Shown: positions 8,709 to 17,870, counted from the stretch's first letter. The stretch: 46,823 nucleotides of DNA from Lachnospiraceae bacterium (GCA_051888725.1 JBJFCA010000163.1:1-46823); one strand, 5' to 3'. Translations and numbers: made by a program. Notes: a model not told the origin generated them from the sequence alone.

Positions 8709-10490
8709 TTACTCTTCTACCGCAATGAAATGATTTTTTTTCTCATACTGTGCGGGAATTTCGAATTCCCATACGGCATTGCCTGCTTCGTCCCTATTCT
8801 GCAAGGAAAATCCCTGCAATCCGTAAAAATTCTCTACCATTTTGTTCTTGGCAGTGGGATAATAATATCCCCGTATTTTGCGAATGCCGCAGGCTTTGCA
8901 CTTTTCCACCAGACAATCCATCATGGCATATTCCATATCTCGCTTTAATACCCTGCAGCTCATCAGCCAGAGATCCACATGCAGCGTGTCCTGCTCCTTA
9001 CGCCCGATAACCACTGAGACAACACCGTTATCCCCGAATTTATCGGTCAGCCTGCCATATAAAGTGATATAGGATGCATCTTTTGCAATCTCTTCAATCT
9101 CTGCCTGACTAAACCGTCTGGTGGTCAGGTTAAACTGGTTACTCTTATTGGTAAGCTGGGCGATCCGCGCCATGTATAAGGGGGTAAATGCCCTGATTTC
9201 AGCACTCATCTGAAGGGATTTTAAGTATTCGCCATAATCGGTAAAGCTTTCCTTCAGTTTATCCCGTTCCTGATTGGCTTTGTACATTTCATTTCTTCTG
9301 GTATCGTCCTCTGAAAGGGAAGTTACTTCAAAAAAGCCGGACCGGTCTATCAGCTTCACATACTCTTCCGGCTTTTCTACCCGGGGTACCGCTACCCTGG
9401 GGAGGCTCTGCCTTATGATCTCCTGCTCTGCCGGATTATCATCCACAAACACCAGACTGTCCGGCCCGATATTTAATTCCGATGCAATCTGTGCCACGCT
9501 TTTACTCTTGGGCTCCCAGTTTGCTTTTATAATTACAAAGTCCTCAGGCTTTAGCACGCCATCCGGTCTGTTTAAGCCTGCCAGTGCATTCTCTTCTTCA
9601 TTTTTGGAACTCACATTCAGCATAATGCCGATCTTTTTCTGTTCCTTAAGGTAAGTCTGGAACTCTGCATAGACCTGCCCCATAGAGGTTTCCTGACCGA
9701 TTTCGATATTTTCCGGTCCATCATCCCCTACGACACCACCCCAGAGGGTATTGTCAAGATCCAGTACCAAAGCTTTTTTATTCTTCCCGTAAACAGACTT
9801 TATGATATTGGCAAGGTTAAAGGCAAGAGTGGGAATGGCAGGCACGCAAAGTGCGTACTTGTACATATGCCAGTAAAAAGAATCTCCCCACTTATCAAGC
9901 CCGTAGCAGGCTGACAGATACTGGATATCCTGCAGATAAAAATTCTCCTGCCCGGCTGCATAATCCGCAAACATGGCATTCAGACGATTGATAAAATAAA
10001 CCCGTCCGCTGTGATTCACCGCATCCTGGTTTCCAAGAAGTCTGTAATAAGGAAACTCGAAATTATTCTGGATAATGGGACAGTGATAGGTCTTTCCAAG
10101 CTGCTCCCACATCATATGAAAATGTTCAAAAGTCTCCTTCAGAAGATGCTCTGTCTGCTCCTTTGCATCTCCCGGCTCCGGATATGTCATAATATTACGG
10201 TTACTGGTATGAATATAAATCAAATCAGGCGCAAAGTCCTTTAACACCTCATTTTCAAACATGGCATCCTGCCAGTACTGCCCGTATTCCGATTCATAAA
10301 ATTCCGGTTCGATCCCATAATTTAAAAGAAACAGTTCCAGTACCTTGATAATGTCATGGGTTGTGCTGCCGCCTAAAACCGCAATTTTCTTTCTGATTCT
10401 GCTTTCCCCGTCCGAAAGAAGTGTTTTCTTAATACTCTTGGCCTTTTTTAAGATCCACTCACTGTCAAAGGGATATTCCAGTTCCTGCAT
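8709..10490 (-). CDS. FkbH-like HAD-IIIC phosphatase / glyceryl-ACP transferase with N-terminal extension
   Basis: VLDLDNTLWGG (DxDxT), SSKN, FVDDNPAE, QLTNKSNQFNLTT, DKFGDNG and LMSCRV (acyl-accepting Cys). Start set to MQELEY at 10490 behind GAGGAG. Confidence 0.92.
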   Translation of the reverse strand: MQELEYPFDSEWILKKAKSIKKTLLSDGESRIRKKIAVLGGSTTHDIIKVLELFLLNYGIEPEFYESEYGQYWQDAMFENEVLKDFAPDLIYIHTSNRNIMTYPEPGDAKEQTEHLLKETFEHFHMMWEQLGKTYHCPIIQNNFEFPYYRLLGNQDAVNHSGRVYFINRLNAMFADYAAGQENFYLQDIQYLSACYGLDKWGDSFYWHMYKYALCVPAIPTLAFNLANIIKSVYGKNKKALVLDLDNTLWGGVVGDDGPENIEIGQETSMGQVYAEFQTYLKEQKKIGIMLNVSSKNEEENALAGLNRPDGVLKPEDFVIIKANWEPKSKSVAQIASELNIGPDSLVFVDDNPAEQEIIRQSLPRVAVPRVEKPEEYVKLIDRSGFFEVTSLSEDDTRRNEMYKANQERDKLKESFTDYGEYLKSLQMSAEIRAFTPLYMARIAQLTNKSNQFNLTTRRFSQAEIEEIAKDASYITLYGRLTDKFGDNGVVSVVIGRKEQDTLHVDLWLMSCRVLKRDMEYAMMDCLVEKCKACGIRKIRGYYYPTAKNKMVENFYGLQGFSLQNRDEAGNAVWEFEIPAQYEKKNHFIAVEE

Positions 10491-10517
10491 TTTTTTACTC
10501 CTCTGTCCATGCCCTCT

Positions 10518-10546
10518 ATCATACCATACGCACCGGATTCCATCAA
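10518..10546 (-). promoter_or_regulatory. Putative sigma-A promoter of the FkbH-ACP-MBOAT cassette
   Basis: Minus strand TTGATG-N17-TATGAT with extended -10 (TGG-TATGAT). The -35 overlaps the upstream GT2 stop codon. Confidence 0.6.
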
Positions 10547-11478
10547 CTGTCCCTGCCCACAATCTCCTTCACCACATATTGTGGCGAATTGTTCATGCAG
10601 ACGTAGATTCTGCCGATGTACTCACCGATCATACCCATCATAAGCATGAGCATGCCACCGATAAACATGATGGCCGACATCAGGGAACTAAAGCCTACCG
10701 GCACTGCCGGATTTACAAATTTCTTGATGACGGTATAAATGGCGTAAAGAAATCCTAAGCCTGCACAAATCGTTCCTGCCATGGTTGCAAACCGAAGCGG
10801 CTTTACGGAAAACGAAGTAAAGCCATTAACCCAGAGAGCCAGAAGCTTACTGAAATTATATCCGGAGGTACCGATTTCCCGCTCCCTGTGTGTTACATCT
10901 ACATTGATAATGTTCTTGGTGCTGCGAAGCACCAGACCAATCACATAAGGAAATGCATTGGTGTAGCGAAGCACCTCATCGATTACAAACCTTCTTGCCA
11001 CAAAGTAGCTGGATACATATAAATCCTTTGGTTTCCCCAACATGACTCTCGTCATCAGTTCGTTAATCTTACTGCCAAAGTTACGGAACCAGGAATGTTG
11101 TTTATGGGCATATCTGGCATACACCACATCCGCACCATCTTCTATACCGGCAAGCAGCTTTCCGACTTCGTCTGCCGGTGTCTGCCCATCATCATCCAGA
11201 CATACCACCAGATCTCCCTTTGACTGGGCAAATCCCGCCATCAGCGCTGCATGCTGTCCGAAGTTTTTGGAAAGATTGACACCTTTTATTCTGCCGTCCT
11301 TCTCACAGATGTTGCGAATCACTCCGAAGGTATCATCCGGGGAACAGTCATTGACCAGTATCACTTCATACTCATAAGAAGTAAGACCTGCCATGGCATC
11401 GGTGATCTCTTTGACCACACCTTCTATTGTAAGCGCTGATTTGTAACAGGGAATAACAAAACTGACTAACTGCGACAT
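10543..11478 (-). CDS. GT2 polyprenyl-phosphate glycosyltransferase (ArnC/GtrB/DPM-synthase-like)
   Basis: VIPCY, VNDCSPD, SKNFGQHAAL, LDDDGQ, two C-terminal TMs and GEYIGRIY. Start set to MSQLVSF at 11478 behind AAGGAG. Confidence 0.9.
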   Translation of the reverse strand: MSQLVSFVIPCYKSALTIEGVVKEITDAMAGLTSYEYEVILVNDCSPDDTFGVIRNICEKDGRIKGVNLSKNFGQHAALMAGFAQSKGDLVVCLDDDGQTPADEVGKLLAGIEDGADVVYARYAHKQHSWFRNFGSKINELMTRVMLGKPKDLYVSSYFVARRFVIDEVLRYTNAFPYVIGLVLRSTKNIINVDVTHREREIGTSGYNFSKLLALWVNGFTSFSVKPLRFATMAGTICAGLGFLYAIYTVIKKFVNPAVPVGFSSLMSAIMFIGGMLMLMMGMIGEYIGRIYVCMNNSPQYVVKEIVGRDS

Positions 11479-11507
11479 TTTTATACTAACTCCTTTCACA
11501 GTCTGTT

Positions 11508-13286
11508 CTATGAGGCCGGCTGTACCTGATATATACTGAAGACTTCCTGTCCCTCTGCATATACACTGTCTACTTTTTTCAGTTTGACAGCGTAATTCTG
11601 ATCGGCATAAAAAGCAGGCAGCCATTCTTCCAGCAGCGGATATCCGGAAAGCTCCGGTGATTTCACCACAATATAAACATCTTCCGTTAACAGGGCTTCC
11701 TGCATGGAAGAAAATCCAAACTTTTCATATTTTTCCCTTGTTAAAGGACTTTTATCTGCCCAGCCGCCCATAATATCAAGATTGGAGAGGCCGGCAGGAG
11801 AGGCTGTCAGCATTTTTTCCGAATACGCCACACTGGAATATACATCCCAGAAATAAAAACTGTCTTTTCGTTCCTTAACATATTCCTGCAGTGACAGGTA
11901 CGCCTGATTAACCTGCTCTCTGCGTGCAAACTCCTGTCCGGTTTTCGTAATGCCGGCTCCTGCATATAAAAAACAGATTATCAGCATAGCCAGTGCCGAG
12001 CCACAGGAAAGGATTGTCACGATTTTTTTCCGCGGCTGTTTGTGACATTCTGTAAGAAGTATGGCAAGCAGAATCAAACATTCCATCAGATAAAGGGAAT
12101 GGGTAATTCTCACAGGGCTTCTGCCCCGGTACAGAATAAAAAGCCACAGTCCGCTACGTACTGCAAAGAGAAAAGGCAGCTCCCAAAGGATATGCCAGTT
12201 TTTGTTGCAAAGCGCTGCTGCAAACACCAGCACATACAAAGTAATCGCCACTAAATTCCAGGGGCGGTCCGTTTCATACAAAAGGCGATATTTTAATTCC
12301 CATACAGCCTGCTTCAGTTTTGCCGTAAAAGAAGGCTGTACCCCTTTTTTTAATTCTGCGGCATAAGCAGCCACCTGACCCAGTACGTCAGCATTGATCT
12401 CTTCATCCAGGCCAAAATTATAATTGACAAGAAGGGTCTGTTCACTTTTGGTCAATCCTATACTTTCATAAAAGGCCTCATTTCCATCATAAGAAGGTAT
12501 ATACTGAAAATCATACAATTCTGTTCTGTTATCAAAGAATCGGTTAAATTCCTTCCACTGCTCGCTGCCATAGGCCAGTATATGCACGCCCTGACTTACG
12601 ATCATCCCTGCAAGAATCAGTCCAAACACCGAAAAATACTTCTGAAAATTTAGTTTTGTGAAAACAGGGGTTTCCCTTACCCAGCGGCACACTCCCGTTA
12701 CACAGATGAACGGCAGCAGCATCAAAAGGAGTTCCGTCCGCATCTGATACGCCAGAATAACCAGAACAATGCTGATTGTATTGTTTCTTAAAAACCCTTT
12801 CAACGTAGATGCGGGAGCTGAAGTAAAAAACAAAAATGCAGCCGTGGAAGCAAGCAGTGCCGCCGTAACGGTATACTGCACAAATACCAGATCCGATAAA
12901 AACAGCGTAATCAGAAGACCTGCTTCTATTACCAGCTGGACTGCCTTCTTCCATCTTTTGTCATAAAAACTTAAAAATCTTTCTGTTAGCAGATAGAGGC
13001 ATCCATACTGGCAAAGCAGAAAGAAAATCCCATACCAGGGAATATTTCTGCCAATGTGGTATAACAGGCTTAAGAAAAAGCTCAGCGGATAAAGCATCTG
13101 GATATTATGACCGGACGGAGTCCCTGTATAAATTCCCGCCACGATGTCTTTCATCAGCATATCGTCATTTAAGTCATAATAATAATCAAAAAAAGTGGCT
13201 GTGACGACGCAGAAAAGAGAAGAAAACAGAAATGCCCATATGCAGTTTTTCTTGTTCTTCAGTATCGTCTTGAAATCCGTTTTCAT
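11508..13286 (-). CDS. Polytopic membrane protein, possible GT-C fold glycosyltransferase
   Basis: 592 aa with about 11-12 hydrophobic segments. Acidic DLNDD motif after TM1. Adjacent to a polyprenyl-P GT2. Confidence 0.55.
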   Translation of the reverse strand: MKTDFKTILKNKKNCIWAFLFSSLFCVVTATFFDYYYDLNDDMLMKDIVAGIYTGTPSGHNIQMLYPLSFFLSLLYHIGRNIPWYGIFFLLCQYGCLYLLTERFLSFYDKRWKKAVQLVIEAGLLITLFLSDLVFVQYTVTAALLASTAAFLFFTSAPASTLKGFLRNNTISIVLVILAYQMRTELLLMLLPFICVTGVCRWVRETPVFTKLNFQKYFSVFGLILAGMIVSQGVHILAYGSEQWKEFNRFFDNRTELYDFQYIPSYDGNEAFYESIGLTKSEQTLLVNYNFGLDEEINADVLGQVAAYAAELKKGVQPSFTAKLKQAVWELKYRLLYETDRPWNLVAITLYVLVFAAALCNKNWHILWELPFLFAVRSGLWLFILYRGRSPVRITHSLYLMECLILLAILLTECHKQPRKKIVTILSCGSALAMLIICFLYAGAGITKTGQEFARREQVNQAYLSLQEYVKERKDSFYFWDVYSSVAYSEKMLTASPAGLSNLDIMGGWADKSPLTREKYEKFGFSSMQEALLTEDVYIVVKSPELSGYPLLEEWLPAFYADQNYAVKLKKVDSVYAEGQEVFSIYQVQPAS

Positions 13287-14479
13287 TATTTTCTGTAAAA
13301 CTCCACAATCTTCTTCACCGCATGGATAACATCTTCCACGTCTCTGTCTGTCAGGGAATAATATAACGGCAGGCTCATGATTTCCTCATAAAGCTTTTCT
13401 GCCTTGGGGCAAAGCCCCTTTTCATATCCCATCTCTTCATAGTAAGGATGTCTGTACACCGGAATGTAATGTACATTACAGCAGATATTTTCCGCTGACA
13501 TGGCATCAAAAAACTGTCTCCGGTTAATGGTAAGCTTCTCCGGTTTGATCCTTAAAATATACAGATGTCTCGTGGTATCCGACTCCGGTATCTCTTCCTG
13601 TACTGTTACCTCCGGTATCTTTGCAAATGCCTCATTGTATTTTTGTACGATCTCTTTTCTTCTCTTTTGGAACACAGGCAGTTTATTCAGCTGGCTTATG
13701 ATCAGTGCTGCCTGTATGTCCGTCATACGGTAATTCATACCGAGAGCAATCTGCTCATAATACCAGGGACCTTCGCTCTCCCGCTTCAAAAGATCCTGCT
13801 TTCTGGTAATGCCGTGTGAACGGTACAAAAGAAGCTTCTCATAGTATTCCCTGCTGTTCGTTAATACCGCACCGCCTTCCCCGCCGGTTACCGTCTTCAC
13901 CGGATGAAAACTGAAAGTGGTCATATCCGCTATGGAACCTACCTGCTTTCCGTTATATCCGGTGCCAATGGAGTGTGCACCATCTTCGATCAACACCAGT
14001 CCCTTTTCCCTGCATAAGGTCGTAAGCCTGTCCAGTTCCACAGCCTGTCCGGTGAAATCTACCGCAACAACTGCTTTGGTGTGCTCCGTAATACATGCCT
14101 CCACGCACGCCGGATCAATATTGTAGGTCTTTTCATTAATGTCCGCAAAAACAGGTCTGGCGCCGCAATACAGAGCACAGTTTGCAGATGCGGCAAATGT
14201 GATGGGAGTGGTAATGACTTCGTCTCCCTCTCCAACGCCTGCTGCCTGACAGGCAATGTGAAGTGCCGCCGTACCATTGCTGCATACCACGGCATAAGAA
14301 GCCCCTGTCAGTTCGCACAGTTTCTTTTCCAGTTCTTCTATTTTGGGTCCGCAGGTAAGGAAATCACTTCTAAGAACCTCCTCTACTGCCTGAATGTCTG
14401 CTTCATCTATATATTGATGTCCGTAAAAAAGCTTTGTATTCCTGACGGGAGTTCCTCCGTCAATTGCCGGTTTTTCCAT
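13286..14479 (-). CDS. pseC: UDP-4-amino-4,6-dideoxy-N-acetyl-beta-L-altrosamine transaminase
   Basis: YGHQYID..DI..V..VL.SDFLT.GP, NGTAALH, EDGAHSIG, FSFHPVKTVTGGEGG, NVHYIPVY. Start set to MEKPA at 14479. Clustered with pseG/I/F. Confidence 0.88.
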   Translation of the reverse strand: MEKPAIDGGTPVRNTKLFYGHQYIDEADIQAVEEVLRSDFLTCGPKIEELEKKLCELTGASYAVVCSNGTAALHIACQAAGVGEGDEVITTPITFAASANCALYCGARPVFADINEKTYNIDPACVEACITEHTKAVVAVDFTGQAVELDRLTTLCREKGLVLIEDGAHSIGTGYNGKQVGSIADMTTFSFHPVKTVTGGEGGAVLTNSREYYEKLLLYRSHGITRKQDLLKRESEGPWYYEQIALGMNYRMTDIQAALIISQLNKLPVFQKRRKEIVQKYNEAFAKIPEVTVQEEIPESDTTRHLYILRIKPEKLTINRRQFFDAMSAENICCNVHYIPVYRHPYYEEMGYEKGLCPKAEKLYEEIMSLPLYYSLTDRDVEDVIHAVKKIVEFYRK

Positions 14480-14557
14480 GCTATCAAATCCTTTCCGTAA
14501 CCTTCTGATGCAATCCTTCTCCTTTTGGAAAAAGTTTATCACAAGCCCCCTGTTCTT

Positions 14558-15595
14558 TCAAGAAAGAATCGCATCCGCGATTCTCTCGGCGCCCCGCCCG
14601 TCTACAAGGGTACGTGCCTTGCTGCTGTAAGCCATACGCTTTTCCCTGTCCCCGCAAAGCTGCCCCAGTATCCGGATCACTGCCGGAGCCAGTTTCTCTT
14701 TATCCACAAGGTAGTTGCCGCCACCTGCGGCATACTGAAGCCTTAAGAAAGACTCCACGATCCTTTCCTGATTGGCTGCAAAAGAAAACGTGATCGTGGG
14801 CACCCCTACGGCACATAATTCATACATGGTGGAGCCGCCGGCACTGATTGCCACATCACACTGCCGCATCAATTCCGCCATATTGGTTACGTTGCTGTGA
14901 ATCCGGATATTTCCGTGTGCTGCTGCCAGCGCCTGCAGGCTGTCACGATGGGGGTTCAGACTGCCGCAGATTACATGGTAAATTTTATTCTTTGTTTCCT
15001 CCTGCCGCAGGGCTTCCTCTAAAAATTGTCCTGCAAGATTGTAACTGTCGCTTCCGCCGGTAGAGATGAGGATCTGCTCTGCCCTGTCCTTAACGGTATA
15101 AGGTACCCCGGAAAATTCCTGCCGCAGGGGAACATAGGATGTTCCCAGGCAAAACCGTGCCGGCTGCCCGCAGGCGTCCTGACCACCTGCAAGCTTTCCG
15201 TATCCCATCTCTTTGGCATAAATATTATAATTAATCAGTAAATCTACCGGATAGGAAAAAGCAAAAATATCATCCAGGTATATCGTCCTCGTCCTCCGGC
15301 GCACCTCTCTTAAATACTCCGGTGTCACATAATAACTGTCAATCAGTATGGCAGACGGCTTAAGTGTATCAAGCAGTACCGTCAGTTTTCCTGTCTCCTC
15401 TTCCATATGGCTGTAATCCGTATGCAGCACGTGGCAGGGTATTCCTTTTCCCTGAAGCAGGGGCACTGGATTTTCATCTGCCACAAGAAAACAGACCTGC
15501 TCTCCTTTTTCACGCAGTCTGTCTGCAATGGCTGTGCATCTCATCACATGCCCCATTCCGATTTTACTGTTGGCGTCTGCCCTGATTACAATCAT
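14558..15595 (-). CDS. pseG: UDP-2,4-diacetamido-2,4,6-trideoxy-beta-L-altropyranose hydrolase
   Basis: RADANSKIGMGHVMRC, IDSY, GGSD, SAGGSTMYE, ANQ and VDGRGAERI. Confidence 0.92.
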   Translation of the reverse strand: MIVIRADANSKIGMGHVMRCTAIADRLREKGEQVCFLVADENPVPLLQGKGIPCHVLHTDYSHMEEETGKLTVLLDTLKPSAILIDSYYVTPEYLREVRRRTRTIYLDDIFAFSYPVDLLINYNIYAKEMGYGKLAGGQDACGQPARFCLGTSYVPLRQEFSGVPYTVKDRAEQILISTGGSDSYNLAGQFLEEALRQEETKNKIYHVICGSLNPHRDSLQALAAAHGNIRIHSNVTNMAELMRQCDVAISAGGSTMYELCAVGVPTITFSFAANQERIVESFLRLQYAAGGGNYLVDKEKLAPAVIRILGQLCGDREKRMAYSSKARTLVDGRGAERIADAILS

Positions 15596-15640
15596 ACTTT
15601 CTCCATTCTTCGATGCGCTTTATCCCGGGTCTTAAAAGCG

Positions 15641-17140
15641 TCAGTCCTCCTGCTTCCGGTAACAGCAAAAGCCTTCCTCCTGTATTTTCTCATAGCCCAG
15701 TTCTTCAAATAAACGACAGGAAGCAGCGTTTTTATCCTTCACCCTGGCAGTAAGCTTTTTGACGTCCGGATGGGCAGCAAGGAAAAAGGCTTCTCCCTCT
15801 TTCAGCATGGCCCTTCCGTATCCCCGTTCTCTGCAGGCTTGTGCAATGCTGTAACTGATTTCAAAAGTTTCTTCCGAAATCCGGTCGAGCCGGTACATTC
15901 CCACCGGAGTGTCTCCATGCAGACAGATATACAGGTGCCTGTCTTTATTTTGCAGTACCTCCTTCAGCCATTCCACATGTGTTTCCCAGGGAATCGGCTC
16001 TGTATGAAAGGACTGTTTTCTGGTCTCCTCTTCATTGGCCCAGTCAAACAACAGACCTGCATCCTCCATGTCTGCCTTACGAAAAGTCAGATATCCTTCC
16101 ACTGCGTCCGCAGTAAGAGGCATTCCCCGGTCAATATCCTCTCTGCATATCTTCCCTAAAACATGCGGATACTCTCTGGGATGCAGACCATAGCCCGGAC
16201 GGATGATGCGTATATTTTCCTCCGTGAAGGGCTCTCCCTTTTTGATGTCCTTTACTACAAAAACAGAGCGTCTGAATACCAGACTGTTTTTCTCCTGGAT
16301 ACTTGCTCCGTACATGGGGCTGCCCAGTGCTGCCTCTGTGTTTCTGATGGTATCCACCATTTCCTTAAATTCTGCAGGGGTCATGGAGAAGGACGAATCC
16401 GGATTTTCAATCTCCCTGCTGATACAAAAATGCTTTTCGATTACATTGGCACCCAGCGCCACCGCTGTGGCAGCTGACAAAGATCCCATGGAATGATCGG
16501 ACAGACCGACGGGGATCCCAAATTCTTTTTTCATATCCGTTATGGTCCTTAAATGCATATCTGCCGGATCCGCCGGATATGCACTGGAACACTTCAGCAG
16601 TGCCAGCTGCCGGTTTCCGGTCGCAAAAATGGTATCTACGGCTTCTCTAATTTCCCGAAGCGTCGCCATACCGGTGGACATGATGATGGGCTTCCCCTTG
16701 GATGCCACATAGGAAAGCAGGGGCAGATCCACCATTTCAAAGGATGCAATCTTGTAAAATGAAAGCCCGATATTCTCCAAAAAATCCACTGCCGTATTGT
16801 CAAAGGGTGTGGAAAGAAAATCGATACCGGTTTTTTCGGCTTCTTCCTTCAGTTCGTGCTGCCATTCCCACGGCGTGAATGCTTTGCCATAGAGCCGGTA
16901 GAGGTTCTCTCCCTCCCAGGTACCGTTGTCAATGTGAAAATAACGGTTATTGCAGTCAATCGTCAGGGTGTCCGGCGTATAGGTCTGAATTTTAATACAG
17001 TCCGCACCGCTTTCCTTCGCTGCATGGATGATTTCCTTTGCTCTCTCTAAGCTGCCCGCATGATTAGCAGACATCTCTGCAATAATATAGGCCGGCTGTC
17101 CGTCACCCACAAGCCGGTTTCCGATTCGAAACTGTTCCAT
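15641..17140 (-). CDS. pseI: Pseudaminic acid synthase fused to a C-terminal PseH-like GNAT acyltransferase
   Basis: IIAEMSANHAGS, KIQTYT, KIASFE, GLSDH, IEKH and SAF domain (RRS...IRPGYGL). Then ~150 aa FRKA...LLFDWANEE.TR..SF...I.W..H..W...RERGYG...N.AS..LFE.LG (GNAT). Confidence 0.9.
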   Translation of the reverse strand: MEQFRIGNRLVGDGQPAYIIAEMSANHAGSLERAKEIIHAAKESGADCIKIQTYTPDTLTIDCNNRYFHIDNGTWEGENLYRLYGKAFTPWEWQHELKEEAEKTGIDFLSTPFDNTAVDFLENIGLSFYKIASFEMVDLPLLSYVASKGKPIIMSTGMATLREIREAVDTIFATGNRQLALLKCSSAYPADPADMHLRTITDMKKEFGIPVGLSDHSMGSLSAATAVALGANVIEKHFCISREIENPDSSFSMTPAEFKEMVDTIRNTEAALGSPMYGASIQEKNSLVFRRSVFVVKDIKKGEPFTEENIRIIRPGYGLHPREYPHVLGKICREDIDRGMPLTADAVEGYLTFRKADMEDAGLLFDWANEEETRKQSFHTEPIPWETHVEWLKEVLQNKDRHLYICLHGDTPVGMYRLDRISEETFEISYSIAQACRERGYGRAMLKEGEAFFLAAHPDVKKLTARVKDKNAASCRLFEELGYEKIQEEGFCCYRKQED

Positions 17141-17150
17141 GATAAGCCTC

Positions 17151-17870
17151 TCATTCTGCCGCTTTCGCAGCTTTTTTCTGCATCACGCGATATTTTACCT
17201 CTGCGATTTCCCAGTCTTCCTCTGTATCAATATCCTGTACCTCTAAATCAGGAAGTTCAAAAGGAACCGTCTTCGTCATAATCAGTCTCTTCTGTTCCAG
17301 AAAATCCTTCACGCGGATAAAATAAAACTGTCCTGCGTCATGATAAAAAGGTTCTAAGTCCTGTGATCTGGTAAACATATGCTCCGGCCATTTAAAGCTT
17401 AAATAATCGCCGCATTTCACCACGCTTCTCTGTGGCGGAAAGCTGTAACGCACCACCGGGAGCAGGCTTTCCGCCTGCTTGTCCTGCATGATCTTAAAGG
17501 CGTCTGTAAGCTTCTTGGCCGTCACAAACGGCGCAGTAGGATAAAGGCAGCATGCCACATCAAATTCCTTTCCCAGCTTCCGGTACGCTTCCAGTACCTC
17601 CAGCATCACATCTGTTGTATTGGCATAATCATTCGCCGTATCCGCACTGCGGAAAAACGGCACCGCAGCCCCTGCCTCCCCGGCAATTTCCGCAATTTTT
17701 TCATCATCCGTGGAAACCATGACTTCCTCAAAGATGCCCGCACTTAACGCTGCCTGAATTGTATACGTGATGATCGGCTTTCCGCAGAATTCCCTGATGT
17801 TTTTCCCGGGAATCCGCTTACTGCCTCCTCTTGCGGTAATTACTGCTATGGTACGTATTTTTTCACTCAT
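17151..17870 (-). CDS. pseF: Pseudaminic acid cytidylyltransferase (CMP-Pse synthetase)
   Basis: ITARGGSKRIPGKNI, VSTDD, CLYPTAPF, RSQDLE..YHDAGQFY, QDIDTEEDW. Start set to MSEKIR at 17870. Confidence 0.92.
   Translation of the reverse strand: MSEKIRTIAVITARGGSKRIPGKNIREFCGKPIITYTIQAALSAGIFEEVMVSTDDEKIAEIAGEAGAAVPFFRSADTANDYANTTDVMLEVLEAYRKLGKEFDVACCLYPTAPFVTAKKLTDAFKIMQDKQAESLLPVVRYSFPPQRSVVKCGDYLSFKWPEHMFTRSQDLEPFYHDAGQFYFIRVKDFLEQKRLIMTKTVPFELPDLEVQDIDTEEDWEIAEVKYRVMQKKAAKAAE

Noticed and set aside
4644-10490. Polyketide or fatty-acid biosynthetic cluster (ACP, dehydratase, reductase, FkbH)
   Set aside because: No ketosynthase, acyltransferase or thioesterase. The MBOAT+SGNH pair and the glycan context point to polymer acylation.
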